Source: an uncultured Nitrososphaerota archaeon
GTDB lineage: Archaea > Thermoproteota > Nitrososphaeria > Nitrososphaerales > Gagatemarchaeaceae
Direction of reading: 5' to 3'
Assembly (NCBI GenBank): GCA_963718895.1
Contig: CAVRAG010000008.1
Span: 864,001-928,000 of the forward strand
DNA: 64,000 nucleotides
This document shows positions 41,470 through 49,875 of this stretch, in pieces. Position numbers and translations under genes: made by a program. Numbering within the stretch: the first letter of the stretch is position 1; each line of letters starts with the position of its first letter. The notes beneath the pieces are model-generated. The model had not been told where the DNA came from, made no database searches, and saw nothing but the letters and a program-made list of their open reading frames with translations.

Positions 41470-41550
41470 CCACGTCCCGGTTATAGGTTGGATGTGGATC
41501 TCCTCGACGTTCTTACCCAAGACGCAGCCACAGCCGGCTACGCGCCCGCC
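41470..41550 (-). repeat. Orphan copy 1 of the tes 3' end (GGRVAGCGCVLGKNVEEIHIQPITGT, stop replaced by TGG)
   Basis: Ungapped 81-bp match to 42078-42158; 22 of 26 residues identical, many third-position changes. Confidence 0.92.
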
Positions 41551-41558
41551 CGAACAGC

Positions 41559-42068
41559 CTAGCCCTTGAGGGTTATCGTACCTATCTGGGCGTACTGGCA
41601 TCCCGATGACGTGCTGTAGGCCCCCGCGCAGGACTGTCCGCCGCTGGCCGTCGTGTAGGCTATCCACAGGGACCCGTTGTAGGTCTGACTCATGACTGCG
41701 GGACCGGTCGCGTTGAGGTTGTGGACCGTCACGGACTGCCCCGACGAGAGCATGTTGCCGGAGAAGTCGCCCGGGTCCGCGGTGAAGTACGCGGCTGTGG
41801 GAGAGAGGTTCGGGTCGCCGGGCACGTACGCGACGGCTACGTTGTACCACGTGGAGCCGTAGGACTGGCTGACCTGCGGGATGGTGATGTCGCCCGTAGA
41901 GGCGTCGTAGGTGATGGCGTTGCCGCCTGCGCCGCAGTTGGTCCTGAGGTAGGGGATACAGGTGTCGGACGAGGCAGGCGCCAGGTAGATCGAGTAGACG
42001 GAGAGGCCGCCGTAGGCCACGATGGCGATGAGGACTATCGCCGCGACTATCTTGACGGTTCTCTTCAC
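41559..42068 (-). CDS. Membrane-anchored secreted protein (first cargo after tes)
   Basis: MKRTVKIVAAIVLIAIVAYGG N-terminal TM; starts 9 bp after the tes stop. Confidence 0.7.
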   Translation of the reverse strand: MKRTVKIVAAIVLIAIVAYGGLSVYSIYLAPASSDTCIPYLRTNCGAGGNAITYDASTGDITIPQVSQSYGSTWYNVAVAYVPGDPNLSPTAAYFTADPGDFSGNMLSSGQSVTVHNLNATGPAVMSQTYNGSLWIAYTTASGGQSCAGAYSTSSGCQYAQIGTITLKG

Positions 42069-42077
42069 GTCGCTGAC

Positions 42078-43751
42078 TCAGGTTCCGGTGATGGGTTGGA
42101 TGTGGATCTCTTCGCCGTTCTCGCCGAGAGCACAGCCGCAGCCAGCCACGTGGCCGCCACGCCTCAGGGTCCCGCGGTAGAGACCGTCCTCGAGCTTGCG
42201 ACCGACCTTCTTCTCCCAGGCCTCGATGGGCATACCGTACTTCTGCTGGACCTTGTCCCTGTACCATTCAGGCAAAACATTAAATGAACAAAATGGTATA
42301 ATTCTCAGGTCCGGCGTGAGGTAGTGGATGTCGCAGCGCTGGAGACGCTCCTCGTCCTGGTTATATTTATCTTGAAAATGCATCATCCCCAGGAACATCG
42401 ACTTCAGGTGGAAGTCGCCTATGGCGGCGTAGTCGTGGCGTATCAGTGCGTTGGTTATCATCTTGGAGAACGAGAGCCCCTTGGGCTGCTTCTGCTTGTT
42501 GACGAACCTGTTTATCTGGGTGAGGACCTTCGCCGCAATCACGTACCTGTTCGTCCCGGAGTATATCTCGTCCGTCTTCTCCTCGAGGTACTCGACGAGC
42601 CCCTGGATGTCGACGAAGTTGGTCAGCGGGACGAGCTTCTTGGTCTCGGCGTCCTCGAAGACGTAGGTCCCGGCTCCGCAGGCGAAGTGTATCGAGAGCT
42701 CGTACTGCTCCTTCTTGGTGAACGCCTCGATGAACGACGTGAGCGGCGAGCACGACGGCACGGGGAACCAGCCCTCCTGTGTTATCTCGCCGTTGGTCTG
42801 CTCCTCTATCCTCTTGATGCAGTCCGGTATCGTTATGCGGTACTTCTCCCTCTCCTTCTTGGTCATGCGCCCCGTGAGCGAGACGGGCTGGAAGTTCACC
42901 GCGTGTACGGTGCCGAGGTTGCGGTGCCCAAAGTCGATTATGGAGCCGAGCTCGTGGTCGTTGATGCCCTTGATCACCGTCGGGACGAGCACCACGCCGA
43001 TGCCGGCCCTCTTGCACGCCTCTATCGCATAGGGCGCCTCCCAGTGGTTCTTGGGGTTCGTCTTGGGCGACGTGCCGTCGAAGGACATGTAGAGGTTGGA
43101 GACCCCGGCGACCTTGAGCCGCTGGGCCATGCCGGGGTCGAGCGCGAGGTTGATCCCGTTGGTGTTGAGCTGGATGTGGTCGACGCCCTCCTCCTTCATT
43201 ATCTGGATTATCTCGGGCAGGTCGTCCCTTATGGTGGGCTCGCCGCCGGTAATCTGGACCGAGTTCCCGGGGACCGGCCGCTCCGCCTTCAGGGTGCGGG
43301 CCATCTCGCGGACCTGGGCGAGGGTGGGCTCGTAGACGTAGGCGCCCTCGAGGCCCTTCTTGACGTAGAAGAAGCAGTACCAGCAGGTGAGGTCGCAGCG
43401 GTTCGTCACGATGATGTTCGAGAGCCCTGTGTGCGAGAGGTGGTTCGAGCAGAGCCCGCAGTTGGCGGGGCACGAGCAGACGTCCATGGGGACGTTCGCG
43501 GCGTGGGTGCCCTTGCCGTCCTTCCAGTACCTCGAGAACTTGGCGAACATCTCGTACGACCCGAAGTAGAGCTCCTCGGTCTCGCCGTGCTGGGGGCAGG
43601 TCTTGGTCATGAAGACCTTGCCTTCGCGCTCGAAGATTATCGCCGGCAGTATCTTGTTACAGTCCGGGCATATCGATTGAGTCTGTCTGATGAAGTTCCC
43701 TTTCGAGACCTCCCTCCTCAGTTCTAGGGAGATGTCTGCGATCTGAGCCAT
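42078..43751 (-). CDS. tes: Radical SAM tetraether (GDGT) lipid synthase, Tes/MJ0619 family
   Basis: N-terminal CPDC..KTCPQHG, CPANCGLCSNH, TNRCDLTCWYCFF (CxxxCxxC), QITGGEPT, FQPVSLTGR, MHFQDxYN, CDIHY..RIIPFC. Confidence 0.9.
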   Translation of the reverse strand: MAQIADISLELRREVSKGNFIRQTQSICPDCNKILPAIIFEREGKVFMTKTCPQHGETEELYFGSYEMFAKFSRYWKDGKGTHAANVPMDVCSCPANCGLCSNHLSHTGLSNIIVTNRCDLTCWYCFFYVKKGLEGAYVYEPTLAQVREMARTLKAERPVPGNSVQITGGEPTIRDDLPEIIQIMKEEGVDHIQLNTNGINLALDPGMAQRLKVAGVSNLYMSFDGTSPKTNPKNHWEAPYAIEACKRAGIGVVLVPTVIKGINDHELGSIIDFGHRNLGTVHAVNFQPVSLTGRMTKKEREKYRITIPDCIKRIEEQTNGEITQEGWFPVPSCSPLTSFIEAFTKKEQYELSIHFACGAGTYVFEDAETKKLVPLTNFVDIQGLVEYLEEKTDEIYSGTNRYVIAAKVLTQINRFVNKQKQPKGLSFSKMITNALIRHDYAAIGDFHLKSMFLGMMHFQDKYNQDEERLQRCDIHYLTPDLRIIPFCSFNVLPEWYRDKVQQKYGMPIEAWEKKVGRKLEDGLYRGTLRRGGHVAGCGCALGENGEEIHIQPITGT

Positions 43752-43830
43752 TGCATAGCCCTGGTGCAAACATACGTTATAAGCCTTTTAACTTCTCTGA
43801 GGGTAAATGGTGAAATGAGCGCGGGACGGT

Positions 43831-43888
43831 CCGGAAGACGATTCTTCTGTATCGCGTCCGCGGAATCGGGCGCATGGGTGAATCACGG
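43831..43888. repeat. ~58-bp non-coding direct repeat, copy 1 (copy 2 at 45942-46000)
   Basis: CCGGAAGACGATTsTTCTGyATCGCnnnnGCGGAATCGGG(gt)CGCAnnGGTGAATCACG. Confidence 0.8.
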
Positions 43889-44174
43889 GGGCGGCAGAGG
43901 ACGGCACGGGGCAGGACGAGCCCGGGCGGGGTCCAGCCATCCGCCCATCCCTCCATTAATTCAACCGCGGGTCGAACGGGCGAGCTCCGGGCTTTTGCGT
44001 GCGAACATGACCGGGCCCCGTGGCCGCTTGGTCGTGCGACGGCGCGTCGAGCACCCACTGCCGACGGAAAGGTCGGCGCACGCAAGCGAGGTGGAGGGAG
44101 CAGGGACCGTTCGCTCCCGGACCTCCCCTCCTTCCGGCATCGACGTACTGCTCGAGAGGACTCCAGTCAGCTGG

Positions 44175-44615
44175 TCAGTTCGGAGCCGATGCAACATCGG
44201 TCGAGGAGAGCGCGTCCGCGACCTCTTTCCGCCCGACCTCCTTGACCTTGTCGAAGTGCCTGTCTGCGGAGACGATCGCATCGGCGCCCCCGTTCATCGC
44301 CGAGGCGGCGTGGATCGAATCCCTCGGGTCGAGGTGGTACCTCCTCATCACGGAGAGGGCCTCCGCGAGCAGGTCCCCGTCGACGGCGATGAGCTCCAAC
44401 CCCGGCATGTTGAGAAACGCCTCGCCGGCCAGCACCGACGCCTCAGCGGTCCTGTTCTTCTTCACTATCCACACGATTTCGTCGAAGGTGAGGGCCGAAG
44501 AGGCGGCTCTTACCCGGCCGGATTGGACGCGCCTCAGCAGCGAGCGCGCGTCTTCCCCCTCCTTCCCGAGGTCGAGGTTCGCCGAGATGAAAACGTTGGC
44601 GTCCAGGTAGATCAT
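44175..44615 (-). CDS. vapC: VapC PIN toxin
   Basis: IYLDANVF, LTFDEI, PRDSIHAASA, VSADRHFD. Confidence 0.92.
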   Translation of the reverse strand: MIYLDANVFISANLDLGKEGEDARSLLRRVQSGRVRAASSALTFDEIVWIVKKNRTAEASVLAGEAFLNMPGLELIAVDGDLLAEALSVMRRYHLDPRDSIHAASAMNGGADAIVSADRHFDKVKEVGRKEVADALSSTDVASAPN

Positions 44616-44878
44616 CCTCGCTTCACCGCCTCGTTCCTCTCTTCCAGTTCTTCCTCGTAGGCGTGGACCGATACCCTCCCCGTGGACCTGGCGCCGCCGC
44701 TGCGTGCGATCTTCTCGAAGACCGCGACCGCGTCCGTCTCCTGCTTCTCGATGATCGCACGGTTGTCCTCGAGTCTGAACACGACCTTCGAGCCGGGATG
44801 GATGTTCAGCGCCTTCCTCATGACCCGAGGGATGACCACCTGCCCCTTGGGCCCGACCTTCATCTCCTCTTCAATCAT
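44612..44878 (-). CDS. AbrB/MazE antitoxin
   Basis: KVGPKGQVVIPRVMRKALNIHPGSKVVF; upstream palindrome GTTATAC-N4-GTATAAC at 44891-44908. Confidence 0.9.
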   Translation of the reverse strand: MIEEEMKVGPKGQVVIPRVMRKALNIHPGSKVVFRLEDNRAIIEKQETDAVAVFEKIARSGGARSTGRVSVHAYEEELEERNEAVKRG

Positions 44879-44946
44879 GTATGATTCGAGGTTATACTCT
44901 TGTATAACTGTGATTTATACTCATCGTCCTGGAGTGACAAGTGACC

Positions 44947-45124
44947 GGTGACGGGGTCCCCTCCGAGAACTTCCCCTCGCCGGACGGCCGCTGTCCCGTG
45001 GTAGTCGCCAGTTGGGACGCCCACGCGACCATGTTCCTGGTGGAGCTCCCAAGAAGAACGGCTCGAACTGTGCCTGAACGCGCTTCATCCGGAGCCCCTT
45101 CTCTCGTGCTTCTCTCAGGGTGAA
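44947..45124 (+). pseudogene. Orphan 3' end and downstream flank of the beta-propeller gene at 55692-56684
   Basis: GDGVPSENFPSPDG..VVASWDAHATMFLVEL..KNGSNCA* versus GDGVPSENFLSPDG..VVSNWDSRATMFFVELQKNGLNCT*. Confidence 0.85.
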
Positions 45125-45290
45125 GGATGAATCGGGCGCGGGGCGCGCCAGCGAGGCAGGTCCCGACCGGTCCTGGCGGCCGAATCATCCTCTCCTGTGA
45201 TGATGGTGAATTGGGCGTGGAGGGGAAGCCTCGGCGCTTGAAACAGGGGCCAGGCGTGGCGCTTATATCTTACTGTAAGGAAGTAGTGCT

Positions 45291-45563
45291 ATGAAGCAGT
45301 ACCAGGTGACGCGTAAGCTTCAGGTCACCATCCCGAAGAAGCTGGCAGACAAGACGGGGATAAGACCGGGCGACTCGGTCGTCTTCGAGGAGGCCGATGG
45401 GGCGATAACGCTGAGGAGGGCAGGGCGCGGCGAGGTAGACAGGCGCGCCCTGATATCCGCGATCGAAGGCATGGCGGGCGACATGGAGAAGGTCGGGCCG
45501 AAGGTGAAAGAAGCGGAGCGGGGACTGGTTGAAGGTCTTTCTCGACACGTCTCTCCTCAGTGA
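45291..45563 (+). CDS. AbrB/MazE antitoxin
   Basis: VTRKLQVTIPKKLADKTGIRPGDSVVF. Confidence 0.9.
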   Translation: MKQYQVTRKLQVTIPKKLADKTGIRPGDSVVFEEADGAITLRRAGRGEVDRRALISAIEGMAGDMEKVGPKVKEAERGLVEGLSRHVSPQ

Positions 45564-45924
45564 CGCGGGGCTGGCCCGGTTTGCGAAGGAGATCGCAGAC
45601 GGAGTCGAATCAGGCAGCACCTTCTGCGTGTCTGCGGTCACGCACTTCCAGCTGCAGTGGGGGTACTCGATGGCTGGGATGTCCCAGGCAAAGTACGATG
45701 CATTCCTCGACGCGACCAGGACCGAGGTGGTGCCGCTCACCAAGACAGACGCGGAAGAGGCTGCTTCGATGAGGCCGGGCAGGGATGACATCCCGGACGC
45801 CCTGATCGCTGCTACCGCGAAGAGGTATGACGCGAGCGTATGGACCCTCGACAGGGACTTCCTGAGGTTGCTTCCAAAGGCGCGCGTCCGCCTGCTGAGA
45901 AAATCCCCGGACGTTGAAGGGTGA
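45529..45924 (+). CDS. vapC: VapC PIN toxin
   Basis: VFLDTSLL, DALIAATA, VWTLDRDF. Confidence 0.85.
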   Translation: MKVFLDTSLLSDAGLARFAKEIADGVESGSTFCVSAVTHFQLQWGYSMAGMSQAKYDAFLDATRTEVVPLTKTDAEEAASMRPGRDDIPDALIAATAKRYDASVWTLDRDFLRLLPKARVRLLRKSPDVEG

Positions 45925-45941
45925 ATCGAGCGTGAAACCAC

Positions 45942-46000
45942 CCGGAAGACGATTGTTCTGCATCGCTGTTGCGGAATCGGGGTCGCACCGGTGAATCACG
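45942..46000. repeat. ~58-bp direct repeat, copy 2
   Basis: See 43831-43888. Confidence 0.8.
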
Positions 46001-46172
46001 AGCATTTGCGTGCGGACAGGACCGGGCCTCTTAGCCTGCCGCCCGCCGATTCCGGGGTCACGAGACTGCCGTCGCTCACGGACAAGGGGAAGAACGCGAT
46101 CAGGCCGCGTCCCGCGTGAGTCCCAGGGGCGTGTTGCTTATCTAGGGCCGGGGGGGGCGATTCTTCGTGAGA

Positions 46173-46530
46173 ATGAAGACCAAAGGGGGACGTTCCTTCA
46201 CCGTTGCCATCGAGAAGGGAGAGGTCGGATACTACGTCGCCAGCGTGGTCGAACTTCCCGGATGTCATACCTAGGCCAGGACCCTGAAGGAGCTGGACGC
46301 ACGGGTGAAGGAGGCAATCGAGCTCAACCTCGAAGCAGGGGGCGGTGACCTCAAGATCCCTGAGCTCGTCGCTGTGAAGAAGGTCCGTGTTTGAGCGGTC
46401 GCGGCAAGAGGAACAGCGGGCTGCGGGCACAGAGGTCGAGAGGCGTGGTCAGGGCGCTCGTCAGACTCGGGTTCTCGACAAGGCACACAGACGGGTCGCA
46501 CGTCTTCCTGAAGCAGCCTCATCGACGAGG
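46173..46530 (+). pseudogene. Decayed hicB (internal TAG) and truncated hicA
   Basis: GYYVASVVELPGCHT*ARTLKELDARVKEAIEL; VVRALVRLGF..GSHVFLK. Confidence 0.8.
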
Positions 46531-46740
46531 CCTAGGACGACCCTCGGAAATAGGACGGGGCCGGCCCAAGCCATGGCGAGACCCGACGGCGAAAGGTGTA
46601 TCGAGCGCGGGACGGCTGTGTTGCATCTCCGGGAGATTTGAAGCGGCTTTGCGTGGGGTGATGCCTCGTAGAACGAGTTAAGCAGGGCGCTCAGTCTCAG
46701 CAGAGAGGCACCGGGTCCTTCTCCGTCTGGAATCGACGGT

Positions 46741-47148
46741 TTGGCTCTTATATCAAGGTCGAACGACTCGATGGTCATGAGCCCAAACAAGAAAGTCGTA
46801 GAGACGTACATAGATGGCCTAGGTAGGATGGACCGTGCGGCGCTGCTCTCCTGCCTGGCGGAGGACGTAGAGAGGGTGGAGTGGGCCGAAGGATTCCCCG
46901 GGTCGGGAATCCCGGTGCGAGGAAGGACCGCCGTCATTCAGAACCTGGATCGCCCCGCGGACGTGGCCCTCCAAATCGAGATCGCGAGGATGACGGAGGA
47001 GAACGACGTCGTGGTCGCTGAGGGCACGGCTCGCGTCACCAAGAAAGGGAGCGCCCCCGTGACCGTCAGGACTCTGAGCGTCTTCGAGTTCGAGGGTGGC
47101 AGGATGAAGCGCCTTGACTCGTTCACGGCTACGGTAAACTCCCCTTAG
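46741..47148 (+). CDS. SnoaL/NTF2-like protein
   Basis: NKKVVETY..LAEDV..VVVAEG..VFEFEGGRMKRL. Confidence 0.85.
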   Translation: MALISRSNDSMVMSPNKKVVETYIDGLGRMDRAALLSCLAEDVERVEWAEGFPGSGIPVRGRTAVIQNLDRPADVALQIEIARMTEENDVVVAEGTARVTKKGSAPVTVRTLSVFEFEGGRMKRLDSFTATVNSP

Positions 47149-47374
47149 ATGGGCACTGGTGGGGATCCTTTCACACCCCATCCGTCATGCAACACGCCTC
47201 AAGACAACCCGAAGACGCGCCAGTGGCCATCGGACTCGCCGGTGAGCCGCAACGCCGGATTTTTGTCCCGTGAATCGAGTCTGGACTGCGCGCTTCGCGT
47301 GGGTAGGCGACGATGCGGGCGTCGAAACGGCTTCGGCTCTCCTCCGGCAAGTGGCGAATTGAGGATACGGGGGC

Positions 47375-48157
47375 TCACGAAGCCTGTGCTGCTACGCTTT
47401 CCCGGGATGAGGGACCTACGTCCCGCTCCACCCTCCCCAGCGGGGTCAGAGACATCACCGAGAGGTAGAGGAAGATGGTCGCGCCGAGGGTGAGGAAGTC
47501 ACCCAGGATCGTCACGGGGTCGGTCGAGCTGATGGAGGAGGTGACCAGCGAGAGCACGAACAGCAAGAGTGCCAGGCTGAGCAGCCGGATGTTCCTGTTC
47601 AGCGTCTTGTCTGGCGTCCTTCGTGAGCCGACAGCGGCCGCGACGCCCCCGAGGCCCAGGACCGCCACGGCGACGACGATCAGCAGATCGAACGCGACCA
47701 TGAGCAGGAACGGCCCTCCTGGGGAAGAGCTTCCCGGCAGCAGGGAAAGAGAGGTGAGTACAGCGCAGCCCTCGAGGAAGACTAGGGTTGCCGCCAGAGC
47801 GATGCCTGCCGGTTTCCTGACCTGCACCCAGCCGAGGACGTTCCTGTGGAAGAAGTCCGAACTAATCGACACGAGCACGGTCCTGTCGATGAAGGCAAAG
47901 GACACTCCGATGATGGCCAAGAACGGGAGAACGCCGACCGAAATCCCCAGCAGGTCGTTGGACTGGGGGATGAGGTTCTCCGAGAGAGTAGCGACGACCG
48001 CGGTCATCAGGAAGATCGACCAGAGGGCTCTGCTGCGGTAGGTGGAATCAACGAACCCCCTTCTCATCTCGAGCGCACGATAGATCCCGAGGAGGAGGAT
48101 CGCCAGCTGTGCCAGGTTGGTGACGTCTGTGATCAGGTAGGTCGGGTCACCTGACAT
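47375..48157 (-). CDS. About 7-TM membrane protein (receptor-like), paralog 1
   Basis: Seven hydrophobic segments; YRSRALW, DFFHRNVLGW, RRTPD, LTPLGRVE; overlaps the KaiC-like stop. Confidence 0.7.
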   Translation of the reverse strand: MSGDPTYLITDVTNLAQLAILLLGIYRALEMRRGFVDSTYRSRALWSIFLMTAVVATLSENLIPQSNDLLGISVGVLPFLAIIGVSFAFIDRTVLVSISSDFFHRNVLGWVQVRKPAGIALAATLVFLEGCAVLTSLSLLPGSSSPGGPFLLMVAFDLLIVVAVAVLGLGGVAAAVGSRRTPDKTLNRNIRLLSLALLLFVLSLVTSSISSTDPVTILGDFLTLGATIFLYLSVMSLTPLGRVERDVGPSSRESVAAQAS

Positions 48158-48815
48158 GTGGCAGGACCTCCATCCCTGTGTTCGAGACCGAGAAGCGGAA
48201 GTATCCGTGGAGCGGCGGAAGGCCTAGCATCTTCCTCACGCGGAAGAGGGGGGTTATGGCTAGCCCCTCTTCGTAGAGCCTCATCTCTATGACGCCGTCG
48301 AAGAGCTGTTCCATCGTCGTGAGCACGTTCTGGGGGTGCATACCCTCCTCGGCGAGCGCGAGCAAGACCGAGTCCTGCCGCTTCAGGTCGGCCAGGAGCT
48401 GGGACCAGTAGCCGTACATCGATTCTAGCGGGTTCAGCACTAGAAGCGGCGAGAGGACGTCGGTTGCCACCCTGACCCTCCTCCCCTTGTTCCTGTGGAC
48501 GGCCTCCTTGATGTTGTACGAGATGGAGGTAGAGTCGCGGAGGTCGCACTTGACGGCGGAGCCGGAGCTCGCAATCCACTCGGGGACTCTGTCGCTGCCT
48601 ACCCCGACCCCTTTCATGTCCTTCATGACGTCAGAAGCCGGGCGATGGGTGGCGTAGAGGCAGTAGTCACCCTGAACCAGACCTGAACGAATGAACCAGT
48701 AGCCCAGCGCCTCCTTGCCGATACCAGGCGGGCCGACGACCAGTATGGCTGATCTTTCAGGGTACCCATCGTTGCCAAGGAGGTTGTCGAGGGATGGGAC
48801 ACCCGTGGAAACCAA
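48147..48815 (-). CDS. Single-domain KaiC/RAD55-like ATPase with degenerate motifs, paralog 1
   Basis: VSTGVPSLDNLLG, GPPGIGKE, QLFDGVIEM, RVRKMLG. Confidence 0.85.
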   Translation of the reverse strand: MVSTGVPSLDNLLGNDGYPERSAILVVGPPGIGKEALGYWFIRSGLVQGDYCLYATHRPASDVMKDMKGVGVGSDRVPEWIASSGSAVKCDLRDSTSISYNIKEAVHRNKGRRVRVATDVLSPLLVLNPLESMYGYWSQLLADLKRQDSVLLALAEEGMHPQNVLTTMEQLFDGVIEMRLYEEGLAITPLFRVRKMLGLPPLHGYFRFSVSNTGMEVLPHVR

Positions 48816-49110
48816 GCGATACTAGGAGGAGAGTCAGCGCCAGAGATAAGTGTATCCAGCGCGCGTGACCGACGCCGACAAGTCGAGTCCTTAGTTTCCA
48901 GTGCGGGGCCATCGGTGACCTTGGAATCTGAACTTGTAGTTCAGGTTACGCCCGGGGCGCCTTCCATCATCTGGGAACGAAATCTGGCGTGAAGGATTGG
49001 GATTTGAACCGTGCCCCACGCGGCCGAATCTCCGATCGGCCCAAGGACAGTCCTTGGGACTTGGACGTGTCCATTCTCGCGGCAGGGAGACCCGGAAAAA
49101 GGCGTGCCGC

Positions 49111-49875
49111 TCACGGATGAACTGGCTGTGTCATGCCGCTCTCGCCTGGCTTCGAGGGGACGCCCACCTCCTTCTCGACGCGGCCCACCGGAGATAGCGC
49201 CATGACCGCCTGATAGAGGAAGTAGGCGGCCGCAGGGACGAAGAAGTCAGAGATGAGATTCCCCAGGTCCGCCACGGTCACGCTGAATGCTTGGAACGGA
49301 ATCCAAACGGTAAAGAAGAGGACCATGCAGATGATCGCCAGACCGAGCATCCTGACGAACCTTCTCATCGACCTCTCCGGAGTTCTCCGAGCTCCGACGA
49401 CCAGAGCCGCTGCCGAGTATGAAAACACTGATATTATCACGGCGAACCAGAGAACCACCCCTACGCCGGAGAGGATGGCATTCGAGGATTCGAGTAAGGC
49501 GAAGGCCCCCGCCGTCGAAATTGCGAACACCAGGACGTACAGGGGCTTCCTGAGACGCTGCCACCCCAGCGGGCTCCTGTGAAAGAAGTCCATTTCCTGA
49601 GTAACCCCGATGCTGCTGTCAACGAAGGCGAGAAGGATCAGAACTATCACAAGAAACGAGAGCGTACTCAATGGGTTTGAAGCGGGCAGGTCACTCGCAA
49701 GAGTGAAGAGAATGAGAGTGATCATCGTGCCGCCGGCCCAGAAAGCCCGATTCCTGTAAACCCCCCTGACGAGGACCCTTCCTAACGTGAACGCCCTGTA
49801 CGTCGCGAAGAGGAAGATGCCTAAGGCCGCAAGGGCGACCGGCGTCTGCGCCGCATTGAAGATGTCACTTAACAT
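49111..49875 (-). CDS. About 7-TM membrane protein (receptor-like), paralog 2
   Basis: YRNRAFW, DFFHRSPLGW, RRTPE, LSPVGRVE. Confidence 0.7.
   Translation of the reverse strand: MLSDIFNAAQTPVALAALGIFLFATYRAFTLGRVLVRGVYRNRAFWAGGTMITLILFTLASDLPASNPLSTLSFLVIVLILLAFVDSSIGVTQEMDFFHRSPLGWQRLRKPLYVLVFAISTAGAFALLESSNAILSGVGVVLWFAVIISVFSYSAAALVVGARRTPERSMRRFVRMLGLAIICMVLFFTVWIPFQAFSVTVADLGNLISDFFVPAAAYFLYQAVMALSPVGRVEKEVGVPSKPGESGMTQPVHP

Noticed and set aside
1965-42123. The 26-bp GGATGTGGATCTCTTCGCCGTTCTCG core as a CRISPR repeat or integron attC
   Set aside because: Spacing is 0.6-37 kb, the sequence is tes coding sequence, and there are no cas/intI genes or attC R'/R'' structure.
41047-42267. 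406-aa ORF as a single gene
   Set aside because: It strings together an off-frame part of tes and its first cargo, the tes remnant and the 41457 gene.
42324-43727. Long antisense and alternate-frame ORFs (e.g. 42324-43727, 29573-30673, 15381-16349, 12823-13887)
   Set aside because: Shadow ORFs caused by the high GC3 of the real genes.
15071-47280. Recurrent TGAATC(G) at gene ends (15073, 37263, 45922) and in spacers
   Set aside because: Too short to distinguish from chance without a genome-wide count.
48985-49015. tRNA 3'-like GGTTCAAATCCC..CGCCA on the minus strand
   Set aside because: The T-stem pairs poorly and there is no cloverleaf; not called.
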